Part shown: piece after piece, positions 37,413-49,958 of the stretch | Layout: each line of letters begins with the position of its first letter | How positions within the stretch are numbered: position 1 is the first letter of the stretch | Source: Azolla caroliniana | Lineage: Eukaryota > Plantae > Polypodiophyta | DNA: 64,000 bases | Assembly (NCBI GenBank): GCA_043228905.1 | Contig: JBHGNT010000011.1 | Location: forward strand, 1,426,001 to 1,490,000 | Reading direction: 5' to 3' | Translations under genes and position numbers: made by a program | Notes under the pieces: generated by a model | Databases searched by the model: none | What the model saw: the letters and a program-made list of their open reading frames with translations, nothing else | Told to the model about the DNA's origin: nothing

Positions 37413-40400
37413 TCATTCCCCGCCCGTTGGTTCTTCCTCGGTTTCGGATCGTTCGTCGTCGCGGTCTACGTCAATCGGATCCGGCTCGTCATCGTGACGC
37501 TTCTTGAACGCTTTGATCCGCTTCCCTGCTACCGGTATCGCCATTCTCGTACCGTCGAGTTCCGCCAGATGGTACGTTCCGTTGTCGTTGGCGCTTTGTA
37601 CCACGTAAGGCCCGAACCACCTTCTTGCGAACTTCCGTGTTGCTCGGTGTTGGTTGTCGAGGCTGCTGTCGTAGACTAGCACCCAGTCACCTTCCTCGAT
37701 CTTCTTTGGTCGGAGCCGATGCGTTCGGTCGAACCGGGCTTTGTTCCTCATCCTTGCTTCCCGAAGCCTTTCCGCAGCCTGCTCCACGTCCTCCGGTCTT
37801 CGCTCGAGCTGTCATATACGCGCCGCCAGCAGTTCCTCCCGGCTCATCTCGTCTCTCCACTCCACGGTTGCCCACGAGGAGATCGTACGTTCCATCGGCA
37901 TGACCGGCTTCTGCCCAAACATGAGTTCTACCGGCATGAATCCGGTTACCGAACTGTGCGTAGTTCGGTCCGCCCACACCGCGTAAGGCAGCAGCCGCGG
38001 CCAGTTCCCGACTTGACCTCCGCATGCCCGAACTAACGCCTTGACGATCGGTCCGTGTCCGCGCTCCACCTTTCCATTCGCCTCCGGATTGTACGCAGTG
38101 GTAAGCGAGAGCTTGACTCCTAGCCGGTCGAACAGCTCCTCGGCCTCTTCGGCGTCCAACTCCCTGCGATTAGCCACGATCTTCCCGACGCACCCGTACC
38201 GGCATATCACGTCCTCAATCAGGAACCGACATACGGCCGCGGTCGTTTTGTTCTGAAGGGCCCGGCCTTCTACCTGGTCCGTCAGATCTTCCCGAGCCAG
38301 GACCAGATACCGCATCTGTCCTACTCCCATCGGCATCGTCACCAGGTCTACCATCCATTTGAAGTGGATGGTCGGAGGGTACGTAGGGTGAAGCTTGTCC
38401 CGATGTCGAACTACGGAGTGCATCTGACAGCTCTTGCAAGTTGTCACGAACCGATGCACGTCCCAGTACAGTCCCGGCCACCAGTACTTCCCCTTTATCT
38501 TCTCGAACGTGGCCCACGTTCCACAGTGTCCGGCCCAAGGGCTGTCGTGGTAGGCCGTCAGCAGCTCCTCCTGTTCTTCCTTCATCGCCACCACTCGGAG
38601 CGGGACGTCGTCCCTCTTCTTCGGGTGCCTCCATAAGTGTCCGTCCCAGAGAAAGAATCGGTATGCTTTCTTCCGGATCCGGTTGGCCTCGTCCCTCGTC
38701 CATGACGCATCCGGCGTCATTGTCCTCAAAAACCCGTGGATCTGGAGCCACTCGCCGTCGTACTTGCTCTCGTCGAAGTCGTTAAGTGCCGGAGTGCTCG
38801 TCCCATTGGTCGTCACGTACGCTGCCTCAAAGAAGTCCACGCCGACTTCTTCGTCCTCTGAAACCATGCCGCCCTCGTCATTAAACCTTGCCCTCGAAAG
38901 CATGTCGGCCATGGCGTTGTCCTTTCCGGAAATGTGTCGTATTTCCGGATCTAGGGACTTAATGTACGCTATCCACCAGAGCATCGCCAGGTCCGGTGTC
39001 GCACATCCGGAAACCATGCCGAGAATCGGCATGCAATCTGTCTCGATAATCACTTCTGTCCCGATCAAGTAGTCTTTGTCGGCCTTTACTACCGAAACGA
39101 TACCCCAGAGTTCGCGTTTAACCTGGGCGTACCCTCGCTGTCGCTCACTGAGGACCTTTGCGCCGAATCGGATCGGGAACCGAATGCCGTCCTTGTCTTC
39201 TTGGTTGAGGACCCATCCGATCCCAGTCGGACTCGTATCCACCGTTATGTATACCGGGGTACCCTTCTCGTAGACAGCCTTCCGGAGCGCCGGTGCTGCC
39301 GCAAGAGCTTCCTTCAGCTTCCGGACCGACTCCGTCTGCTCGTCTCGCCACTCGAATTTCCGCCCCTTCTTCAGCAAACCGTATAGCGGCTCCGCAACGT
39401 GGGTGTAGTGCAGGATCCATATGTGGTAGAATGCGCATGCCCCCAGGAACCTCCGAACTTCCGTAACCGAGCTACAGTCGGTCTTCATCGCGGAGATGGC
39501 TTCTACTTTTGCCGGAGACGACTTCCGGCCATACGGTCCACACAAGTGTCCGACCACCAGGATTTCTGATTGCCCGAAGGCCGATTTCTCCCCGGAGAAG
39601 GTGAGCCTCGCATCCTCTAGCCTTTGTAGCACCTTCTCGCAGTCGTCGATGTGTGTTGCCACGAATCGTCGGCATCCGTCCGGCCCGACTGTCTCGTCCT
39701 TCTCTTCCACCGGGCACCCCTTTATCGGGATGTCGTCCAGAAATGGCATGGTGATGTCCGGGATGCAATCCCTCAATACCTTGTTCATTGCATTCACCAT
39801 GTGGGCCACCGTGTTGGTCCCTCCTTGTGGCAGGGTACACATTCGCACTAGGCCGAGGGGAGTTCGCATCGTCGTAATGTCTCTGCTCTCCACGACTAGC
39901 TGGAACTGGTCGTACCTCGAGTATAGATCACCGACCGAGTAAATCGACCTTCCGGCGAAGGCCTCCGCGAACTCGTCTATGGTCGGTCCGATTCTTGCGT
40001 TCCGAATGGTCACTCTGTTGACCGGCTGCAGGTCTTGAATGAAGCGCATCGTTCCGTTTTTCTTTGGTACGGTAAACCATCGGTTCGAGTATGGGGCACT
40101 CGACGGTTCGAGAATGCCCATATCTACTTTTTGCCTCAATAGCTCCATCAACTTCGGGATGTGAGCACTCGGTACCGGAATCGGCTTGAGATTCCACGGC
40201 ACATGCGGTACCGTGAATATCACCATCGGCTCCACGATCGTCGGGTCTACGCACCCGATCTCTTCCGGTGAGAATGCGAAGGCTTTCCCGTGCCTTCCGA
40301 GCATTCTCCGAAACCGGTCTTCCTCCGCCGGCAGTAGGAACCCGCCCCCACCGATCTTGAGCTCCCTGAGCGTCCCGTCGGTGAAGGTGTGTTCTATGCA

Positions 40401-40886
40401 GGCCGGATCTCGTAAACTGGGGTCCGACGCAACCCCTCTGATTCGGGACTTGCTGCCCTCCAGCAGGGGTGCCGCGACTGGCCTTACCTTCCGGTCCACA
40501 GTCTTGTACTTCGTGCTAACTCGGGCCGTCCGATCCGACCCGAGCCCCCGACTGAAGTTCGCGATGACTTCGTACATCTCTTCGGAACATACCGGTATCG
40601 TCCGGTCTTCGTTAAGGTCTTCTCCGGCTACCTCCCTCAGCATTCCCAAGGTGTCGTCGAAGGAGACCGCCTCCACGGCTCCGCTAATTTCCTTGTCCGG
40701 GCCGAGAACTCCGCACGCTCGAAGTCGCACTTCCGCCCTTGTCTTTTCTCGGCCAACGATGCCGACTATCATACACCCTCTGTTGTTGGAGAAGCAAAAT
40801 TTCCTACCTATCGTACAGTCGTGGGGTCTTTTCCGAGTGTCCGGGCTATCTCGGCCCCACGCCTTGGCAGCCCTCTCTAAAAATCC
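37413..40886 (-). pseudogene. Element F pol (RT-RNase H-integrase) with one premature stop near 37812
   Basis: 986-aa ORF with PFLDDIPIKG, ITVDTSPTGIG, KRELWG, IETDC, the HHCC finger and the integrase core. It continues in 37413-37787 with GPY. Confidence 0.92.
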
Positions 40887-43002
40887 TCCCGGTTCTCGCC
40901 ACCGAGGGATTCGCGGTTTCGCTCGTGGTTCGGTCGCACCGTCAGAAATTGGACCAAATGGCGCTCGTCCTGGCTCTTGACCTTCGCGTAGGCCGAACCG
41001 TTGTCTAGCACTTTGGTCTCCATTCGTGCCACTGTGATGTACAGTTCCCCTAATATGACAGGGTGCGAGGACGTCTCTTGTACGAAGAAGTGCTGGTCAA
41101 TCTCGACGTCGCCGATCTTGACTCGCACGTTCGGGCAGGCCCCATGCAGTTCCTCGGTGGCGCGCGTCGCCGCCCGTATCTTCCACCCATGCTTGGTGTT
41201 GATCGGCCACTTTCCCTTCTTATAGAAGTCCATGGACATTAGGTTTATTTCCGAACCGTGGTCCACCAATGCCACCACCGGTTCCTGAATATCTCCGATC
41301 CTTACCGGGGTCTCCGTGGTCGCTCGGGCCTAGTGTGGCCTTGAATAGTGGCTCTCCGCCCACTCATCTTCCAGCGCCATGTCGTCGATGTGCGTCGTCC
41401 GCACCTCCACCGGTCTTTCCGGTTCCATCTCCGTCGACAGCCTCTTCCGTTTCACCAGGTCCACAATGGAGTCGTGGAACTCCTTCTTGGTGATCCCTAA
41501 CACCTCTCGCAATGACAGCTCCACTTTGCTGTCGAGGATCCGTTCTTCTAGGACCTTTCGTAGGTCCGTGGTCCTTTCTATTTCCGTCCCCAGTCGGTAT
41601 CCGCCTTTCCTGGGGTTATCTTGCGAGCTGGACCCACCGGCATCGTTCCGTCGTTGCCCGAATCGGGTCTCGTACCGTTGCGAGGGCCCGGCCGCTCCAG
41701 CTTTCCCCACTCGTTTGTCTTCTACCAGAGCCTCGTAGTTCCGGCAGGCGGCTTCTACAAAGCCCGTCTTCTCCTCGACCGGATCGCTCCACCCGGTTAT
41801 TTCCCGGACCCGTCTCTCAGCGCGGTCCGTTTCATCTTTCCTTAGCCGTGCGCCGGCAAGACCTTCTAGCATTGCCGACCAGAATCCGTCTTTGCCCTCC
41901 TTTCGGGCCTCGCTGCCCCCGACCCGAATGCCGGCCGACGCCGAGTAGTGGATGGCCTCCACGTGTCGGGCCGCTGCCTCTTCCATCAGTCTCTTCATTC
42001 CTCCTCGCCCATCGTTTCGGTTTAGGGCCCTTCTGGTGTCGCCGGCGTGCACCCGGCCTTCCCACAGGTACACCACCCGGTTCCTCAACGCTTCTGCGAA
42101 ATCGCCGCAGTCCTTCCGGATGTGGCCGACCTCGTCGCACCACATGCACCTGTTCCCTGCTACCGGTCGTCGGTCACGAGCCGGTTCGCCGCCTTCCCTT
42201 TGAGTCTAGGCGATCTGGAGATCCTTTATCGCCCGCGTCAACTCCTCTAGCGTTGTTCCTCCGGACGAGCCACTGCCCATGCCGGTCGAAGCCGGACCGG
42301 TTTCGAGCCATTCCCGGGTTTCTTCCCTTCGCACTTGTGGTGCCGGTTCAAGCCTCCTTTCTGTGACAAAGCTCACACCGGCCGCCCCGTTATCAGCCCA
42401 TTCTCGTCGTTTGTCGAAACGGCCACAGACTCTCTTAACCGCAGCCCAGTCGGTCGTCAGCCCGTCTTCGGTTTCCAGCAAGGAGCCGACTTGATCCCGG
42501 TCCCGCTCGTCCACCGACTTGAGGAACAGTAGGACCCGGCTCGTATCCAGAATGGTTCGGTCAAGCACCGAAAGGCGCGCAAAGCGTTCTTCAAACTCCC
42601 AGAGGAGTGCCGACGCGTTTCTTCCCTTGCCCGGGGACTCCACCCATTCCATGAAGTCCCGTTTCGAAAGCCGGAGCGCGTCGTCCAGCCCGTATTTTTC
42701 TAGGAGTTGGCCTTCGAACTCCTCCCAGGTACGGCTCTCCGCCCGTACCTCGAGCACCTCCGCATGGATGCTCGGCATCGCCACTCGAGGGAACCCGGCA
42801 AGACGCCTCTCTTCCGGAATGTCCCGCATCAGCATTTCTGCCCCGTAGGACGCCAAATACTTCGTGGCATCCTTTCCGCTGAACCGGCCGATCGTACCGA
42901 CGACTGCCTCAATGGCTCTGTCGAGGGCGCCGAAGCCCTCGCGTGCACTCAATATCCGATCCACGGCCGAAGCCATGGCCTCCGCAAGATCCGACCCTTT
43001 CA
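40877..43002 (-). pseudogene. Element F gag and protease
   Basis: Knuckle CMWCDEVGHIRKDC and protease ALVDHGSEINLM. In-frame stops at 42206 and 41330. Confidence 0.9.
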
Positions 43003-44014
43003 TCTTCTGCTCTTCTGCCGCCTCTTTCACGTCGAGTTCACCAAGATGTCGAGGTATTCCTCGCGGATGCGTGGAATGAGGCGGGACCTCGGGGGTCTTG
43101 TACCAAAGAGCAAGAGAGAAAGGAGAAGGGAAGAGACCCACTAGGTGTAAGCGTAGATCCACAGGGACACGGCCCTTCGACACGAAGACGCGAGCGGGAA
43201 GCCAACACAGAGAGACACGAAGGAATGTATGTATATATTAACAGAGACGAACAACAAAACACGGAAGCAACAAAAACACGAAATCGGTTACAACCGAACA
43301 GGCCTGCGAACAGATGCCGATGCCTGTTCGTAAATGCACAGAAAGACAGGAGCAGGTTGGAGGTGCTGCCGGAAGCACTCGGGCATTCCTCAGAGCAGCG
43401 CGGGCCTCCCGAAACCTGCACAGAAGGAAGCTATGTAGTTCGCGAACCAGAGAGAGAGAGAGAAGCCTTCGCACACAAACCGACAGCACTTCGTCCTCGA
43501 CTCTCCGCGATCCCCTCCCCTTTCTCGTCTCCCTCCTTTTATAGGCAAGGAAGGAGCCGTTTCCCCTCTACTTCCTACCCACTAAATCTACCCGCCTAGG
43601 ACCTTCTATGGACTACATTCGAGAAGAGCTGGTTCCTACGCTCCTGTGCACCATCCTACCCACTAAATCTACCCGCCTAGGATCTTCTATGGACTACATT
43701 CGAGAAGAGCCGGTTCCTACGCTCCTGTGCACCAATTCCGCTCGTGGACGGTTTTCTTCACGACAACGTAGCTCGGCTAGAAGCCGAGGTTGTATCTTTC
43801 CCCTTGTAATATATACATACGTATCTGTTGTGCATATTGGTGTCTCTGGTGGTGTCGGGTGCATAGCCCTGCTTTGTTTCCTGTACATAAGAATTGGTGT
43901 CGCGCACGTTCTCTTTCTCTCTCTCTCTCTCTCTTGTTCGGTTGCCTCCGGGACGTGTCCAAAGACGGTCTTCCTGGCATCCCATTCTCCCTCATCCGAG
44001 ACCCCCGTGCAACA

Positions 44015-44888
44015 GCGTGCTATGGGCATACCGGATGGCATACAAAACGAGTATTCGGACAACATCGTTCTCATTAGCGTTCGGTTTGGAAGCAGTAATG
44101 CTAATGGAATTCTAAATTCCCGGCTTAAGGATACAGGTTCGGGAACAGTTAAGTGAAAACAAATCGGAGAAAATGTGCCTGGCAACGTTGTGTGAGTTGG
44201 AAGAGCACCGGATAGCAAGTATCTTACAATTGGAACTTGAGCAACGATGAAGGAAAGATTTCTTGGACCAGCACCGACAGGGGAACGAGATGGACTTTGG
44301 GATCGGCAAGCCTGTCTTAGTATTCCAAACCCGGATGGGCAAAGTGTCGAGAAAGCTATAATTCCGGTGGACTGGACCGTATTGGATAACAAGAGAATTC
44401 AAGAGCTCGTACCAACTAGGCACGCTAGCCAACGAAGTGTTGGCCAAGTGGGTGAATGGTTTCCGGTTAAAACTATACCACGGACCGATGTCGAAGAATC
44501 CGTTCGAGCAACCGACGCTCGGTGGGGAAGAACTAACCGTGGAGCCTACGCCGACAATGGATCCGGTACCTTCGGCTATGACGAACCATTAGCCAGCTGT
44601 TGAAAAAAAATGAACGACCGCCATGAAAGGACGTGCAACGGCCATTTAAAGCACATCATGTGACGTACACATACTATTATGGTACACAACGTGCATACGC
44701 GGGAATCAAGAAAAGGTGGCTGGATAGAATGGGGGCACAAAACATCCGGTTAACAGAGGCACTATCATTTCGTGAAAACAGAATATTCAGAGAGCAAAGG
44801 CATTTATAGGTTTTCAAAAGAGCACAGGCGAGCACTAGCAACAGGGAACTCCACCAGAGCAACGAAAATGAAAAAGAAGACATGAGGC
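44015..44888 (+). pseudogene. Element A, part 3: integrase C-terminus, spacer and start of the extra ORF
   Basis: VLWAYR..YKTSIRTT.F.LAFG and RWTGPYWI, continuing in frame from 15304. Confidence 0.85.
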
Positions 44889-46472
44889 TATTATCCCTTA
44901 GGTTGGACAAGCCCTAACATAGGGTTTCCCTATGGAACACTTCACCAAAGGGTGGTACAGGAAGATATGGAACACTAACCGGCACCTTTAATTACTCGTA
45001 ACACACGCGTAAGATTAACTACATTAAGCACAGGACGGTAACCAAATAGACACTAAACATACGTAAACAGCAACACTTCTATTAATTATCCATCATTGAT
45101 TACATTCTTGCCGGGTCCTTTTATAGGTCTCCGACTGAGTTACAAACCGGTGCCAACCGGCAACCGACAATGATCCGGTCCGGATCCGAATCGGCATACC
45201 AATTCTGGGTCTGACCATCCGCTTCTCAAAATAGCATAATACTTATTAATTCCCATAATATGTCCTAATACTTATTACTTGCAACTCCCTATTCCTAATT
45301 AAATACCCCTTTTCCATTCTGGACTCTTAACCGGCCCTTTTTGCCTTGTCGGCCAACACATGGCACCCCCATGGGACAATACATTGTACATCGAACCCAT
45401 GGTTAGCCCTTCATCACTCGTTTGTCAAAATGTCTAGAATGCTTTGGTCCAAGGGTTCTAAAGGTTACTCGGATAGTTGCTCCATTTGTTGTTGTGGTTG
45501 TTGCTGCTCTTGCTCTCCGGCTTCCATCCCTTCTAGCTCCAGTTCCTACTGGGCTTCCGTCTCCGGCTCATCTGTTTTGGGCTCCCTGTGTTCCTGATGT
45601 CCGTCTTGGACTAGTTCTTTTGGGTCAGCTACTCCTTTTGAACGACTTTTGTCTGGCTTTCTCCGGTTTCGACAACATTCAGCATCTGCTCCGACGATTT
45701 CTCCTCATCAATAATGTTAATTGCCGTCGTTCTTCTATGCTCCATTTGCTGTCTCAGCTCTCGTTCATATTGCTCGAACTGGAGCTGGGTATCCAGCTGC
45801 TCCACCAGCGGCCTATCGCCACCAGTTGCTCTCAAGCCAAGGACAGGAAGTCATCCGATAACTCCTCTCGTATGGTCACAACACTTTCCGCATCAAGTTT
45901 GTAGAAGTTATCATCATCCTTTTGCCGGTTCTCCACATCTGCTCGCAAGACCTGTAACTCGGTTGCCTGCTTTACCCATTTGGACCACCACTGTACTGCA
46001 CTTTCTTCGACTAACTTCTTCGTCTAGTCCCTCCATGTCAAGACAATATCTCGGATACAATCAAGTCCAATCTTTGACTTCTTATTTGCGGCCTGCTTTT
46101 CATCCTTTAATTGTTTGATGAGGATCGTGGTTGCCTCAGTGTGTCCCTTATATTGCATCAGTTGCATATGATAAGTCGTCTGAACTCTATTTAGAGCCAT
46201 CTTTGCTCGTTCCATCTCCTCATGATGATGTCGGGTAAGCTCCAGTTTGTCTTTCGCCGCTTCTGCCAGCATCTTTGTTGCTTCGACTCCCTTGGTCCTT
46301 TCCTCCACTAATGTCGCCGCCATCTTGTGGACTTCATCCCGGAGATCCCACATCTTTTCTTGTTGTCGGTCACCTTCTGCCAACAATTTCTTGTGTTCCA
46401 CCTCTAGGTGCTTGTGATCTTGGTGCAACCTGTCAAAATCCTCCGTTTTTTGTTTCAGCCTCTGGTTGATTT

Positions 46473-48240
46473 TGTCAGAACGAAGAGAAAAGATAAAGTG
46501 TAAAGAGATCACAACAAGAGAAGAATGAAGTGATAAGAGAAGAATGAATGTATTAATAAGATAGAATGAAGATGGATACAAGATAAGTGACGAAAGCTTA
46601 AGACTGGCGTTGATTCAAATTAGTTTGAGAAGAATTATATGTCTATATTTATAGGTTCGTATAGTCTAGTGATTTCTATAATGTTCTAGACCTAGAATAT
46701 TCTAAGAAGTTCTAGGATATTCTAGAATGTTCTAGACCTAGAATATTCTAAGATGTTCTAGGATATTCTTGAATGTTCTAGAATGTTCCAGAACATTTAC
46801 AATAGAGTCTATTTCAAGAAGTAGCTTTTATTATTTCATATGATCAAATGCTATCTTAATGGTTAGGTTCTTGATTATGTATTACAAGGTCTTGGGTTCA
46901 AGCCCAAGTGAAGCCATGATGCTTATGTATTCATGACACTATCTCCCCTTCGAGAACGACGAGTGGAAGTCATCGTTAACAATGTAGGGCCCGGTTTATT
47001 TGGATAACGGCGATGGAAGTCTTTGACAAGAGCTTGAGCATTAGAAACATTATTGACGGGTTCCCAAGTGCTATCACTCGGAGGATAGCCTACCCAATCA
47101 ATCAGATAATAGAGAGCTTATTTCGCACAATCTTTGAATCGAGAATAGCAGCTACCTCGTATTTAGGGCCATCAACAAGTTGGACAGAGGGCGGAGATGG
47201 CACGACACGAGTAGGAATGGAAGAGGTGCGACAAGGCTCCAAAAGAGAGCTATGAAAGATTGGGTGAAGCCGCATGTGTGCTGGAAGATTACCACGAAAG
47301 GTGGCATCGTTAATATGCGCAGTGATGAGAAAAGGACCTAAGTGCTGATAATCGAGATTCTCACATGGCCGGGTAGTCTTGATGTGACGACGAAGCAACC
47401 ATACTTGGTCACCAACCTTGAAAGGAGACTTAAGATGATGGCGATCAACATTGGTCTTATGTTGTGCTTGAGTTGTTTGAAGATGTGAAGATAACGCTAA
47501 TTGAATTCGATGTAGTCGATGAAGATGATGCTCAGCACTAGGGTTTCGAGTGACCTTGGGAAGATCCAAGATACACCATCGAGGATGGTTGCCGGTGTAC
47601 GCAAAGGAAGGTGTAACCTTAGTAGAAGTGTGTATTGTGTTATTGTATGCAAACTCAGCGAAATGTAGAATATTACTCCAATCATCTTGTTGATAAATGA
47701 TGAAGCATCGAAGATATTGCTCGAGCGTTTGATTTGTGTGCTCTATTTGTCCATCGGTTTGTGGATGATAAGTCGAAGAGAGTTTGCAGGATATTTTGAG
47801 GCCTGCCCATAGGTGCTTCCAAAAGTGAGAGATAAATTGAGGACCATGATAAGAAATTGTATCGTCTCGAAGTCCATGATGGCAAAATACTTCATGCATA
47901 ACGATATCTGAGGTTTCCTGACTACTTATGCTCTTTACAGATGGTAAAAAATGTGCCATCTTGGTAAACCGATCCAGTACTGTTAAAATAGTATCAAATC
48001 CTTGTGAAGGTAGCAGATCTGTAATGAAATCCATAGAAATAGACTACCATGGCTTGGTTGGAGGCTGTAACGGTTGTAATAAGCCATAAGGATGATGCGT
48101 GGGTATTTTGGCTCGACAACAGGTGTCACATGTACGAACATAATCTTCGACAAAATTTTGCAAATGAGGCCACCAAAACGAGCGCTTCACCAACTCCATG
48201 GTCTTGGCAATACCAAAATGGTTTTGACTTTTCAATTACC
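46473..48240 (-). mobile_element. 3' fragment of a Tcn1-like chromovirus (integrase, chromodomain, PPT, 3' LTR 46473-46938)
   Basis: MDFITDL...DRFTKMAHF, YHPQTDGQ, GPF, HPIFHSSLL and chromodomain YEVAAILDS. LTR is TG...CA with internal TTCTAGA-type repeats. PPT GAAGGGGAGATAG. Confidence 0.87.
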
Positions 48241-48789
48241 GACACCTGATTGGTCTGTTCATTCCCCGGAGTCACCGGTTCTGATAGTCTTGGTCCTTCT
48301 GTGACCTCCTTAACCGCCTCTGCTTTGGCCTACACAATTTCTTCTTCCATGCTCTGGATCCTCGACCAGGCCTTCTCAAGTTCTTCGGTTGTGGCGATCA
48401 ACCAGTTCCCCTGTGCTCTCTCCTCCATTTCTATTTGGCACACAACCCCGGCCACCTGCTCACCGATCCACCGTAGCCATTGACTGCCGGTGCCTGTATG
48501 TCGTGCCGGTTCTGGTTGTGGCGTGGCCTCTATTCTCGCCGAAAACCCTTTTGGGATTGTTGACTGCAGTGACAACTCCTACGCTTGCTGTGTCTGCTAC
48601 CCCGGTGAGATAGGCAATTCAATCGCTGGTTCGTGGACCACCAGCCCTGCCGCTTCTTGCCGTACAGGTAACTCTTCCATCAGTTCTGGTTGAACCGGTT
48701 CTACCTCCTTCCTTGGCTCCGGTCCCTCCGAGCAGGGTGTCAGTGTGTTGTCCTTCACTGAACCCGATTCATCCCTCTTCTGGCGATGT

Positions 48790-49958
48790 TGTCGTGTGGT
48801 TTTTCACACACAATATGAAAACTAGTAAAGTAATTATCTAAGATTAGCTTAATGTATTGATATGGAAAGATAGATGTCTTCAAGAGCTGCATAACGTATT
48901 TTACTACACATGAAATAGATAACCAAATATCAAGTTATGTGAGTGAGAAGTTTGAAGAGAAAAGGCAAAAAACAAAACTTTGAGATATCCCACATAGATA
49001 GGATAACATTGGATTCCCCAATATATATAGAAAGCCAAAACCTATTCATTATATCAATGTGTGGAGCATAGAATGTTCAAGGTGACTTGGGCTAGATTGT
49101 GTGGTGTGCATGTTTTAGACATACGCGCATGTGCACATTTTTTGGCGTATGCGTGCACGGCCACATGGACGTTTCGGATGGACGCGTGCGTGCACGGCCT
49201 CATGGGACACTTGGACGGACGTGTGTGTCTGAACGAGTGCGCAGATGCGTACACTACGCGGTCAGGACATGCGCATGTGTGGATGCGTACACTACGTGGT
49301 TGGGACTTCTGCACGCCGACATGTCTACGATTTGGTTGCGATGCACGTATGGATTGTGCATGGGCTAAACTTTATGGATGATTGGGTCATTTGGCCGAAT
49401 TATACGGATGGTCGCATGCAACTAAAATCCAAGGCCATGCAACTAAAAGTAAAAGGCATGCAACTAAAGCATGTTACTAAAAGTAGAGGTCATGCAACTA
49501 AAAGTGGACATGCAAAGTAACATTGGGAAGGGGGATCAACAAAGAGCTCAAGATAGGTTCCATTTTTTCCCTCTACTTTTGTTTTTCCTTTCTTCTTCTC
49601 TCTCCCATTCCTTGGGGAAGAAATCTCTCTCATATTGATATCGGACCACTCCTTACATGGTTGTTGGCTCCTTCCTTTCAAGAATAATCTCTCTTATTCA
49701 TATCGGACCACTCCTTACATGGTTGTTGGCTCCTTTCATTTTAAGAATGATCTTTTATATTCATATCCAATCCATTGTAACAGGATTCTAAGTTTATAAA
49801 GAATCGATTTCTTTTGCAATAAACGAATGTTTCCTCTCATCTACTTGTCTTATATGTGAATCTTGCTTGTGTTGTGCGTGTGCGTACTAATTCCTTCCAG
49901 TCCAAAACCCCGGATGTTCCGTCTCATGATCCGCACATAGTGACGGATTCTCACGACA
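48790..49958 (+). repeat. Solo LTR of the TGTCGTG...CACGACA (Trp-primed) group
   Basis: Terminal inverted repeats TGTCGTG/CACGACA and a family-type 3' module (GTCCAAAACCCC...). Flanks ATGT and ACAT can both derive from ACGT. Internal CATGCAACTAAA repeats and a duplicated ~35-bp block. Confidence 0.8.

Larger units (their letters stand above)
36702..43765 (-). mobile_element. Element F: near-complete tRNA-Trp-primed Ty3/gypsy (relative of E) inserted in the 3' LTR of D (4-bp TSD GCGT/ACGT)
   Basis: LTRs 36702-37339 and 43047-43765, the latter with an 81-bp tandem duplication. PBS at 43026-43043 with one mismatch. PPT at 37340-37356. Flanks are GCGT (36698-36701) and ACGT (43766-43769), and the D LTR sequence resumes afterwards. 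Confidence 0.93.
15305..44014 (+). mobile_element. Element D: tRNA-Trp-primed, pol-less LTR element in the A integrase (4-bp TSD GCGT), hosting E and F
   Basis: 5' LTR 15305-15935. PBS TGGGGAACCCGACGTGAA at 15939-15956. gag-like ORF 15973-16542 and repeat region 16560-19300. PPT near 36338-36354. The 3' LTR is split into 36355-36701 and 43770-44014. GCGT at 15301-15304 and 44015-44018. The A frame rejoins as LQS|VLWAYR. Confidence 0.88.
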
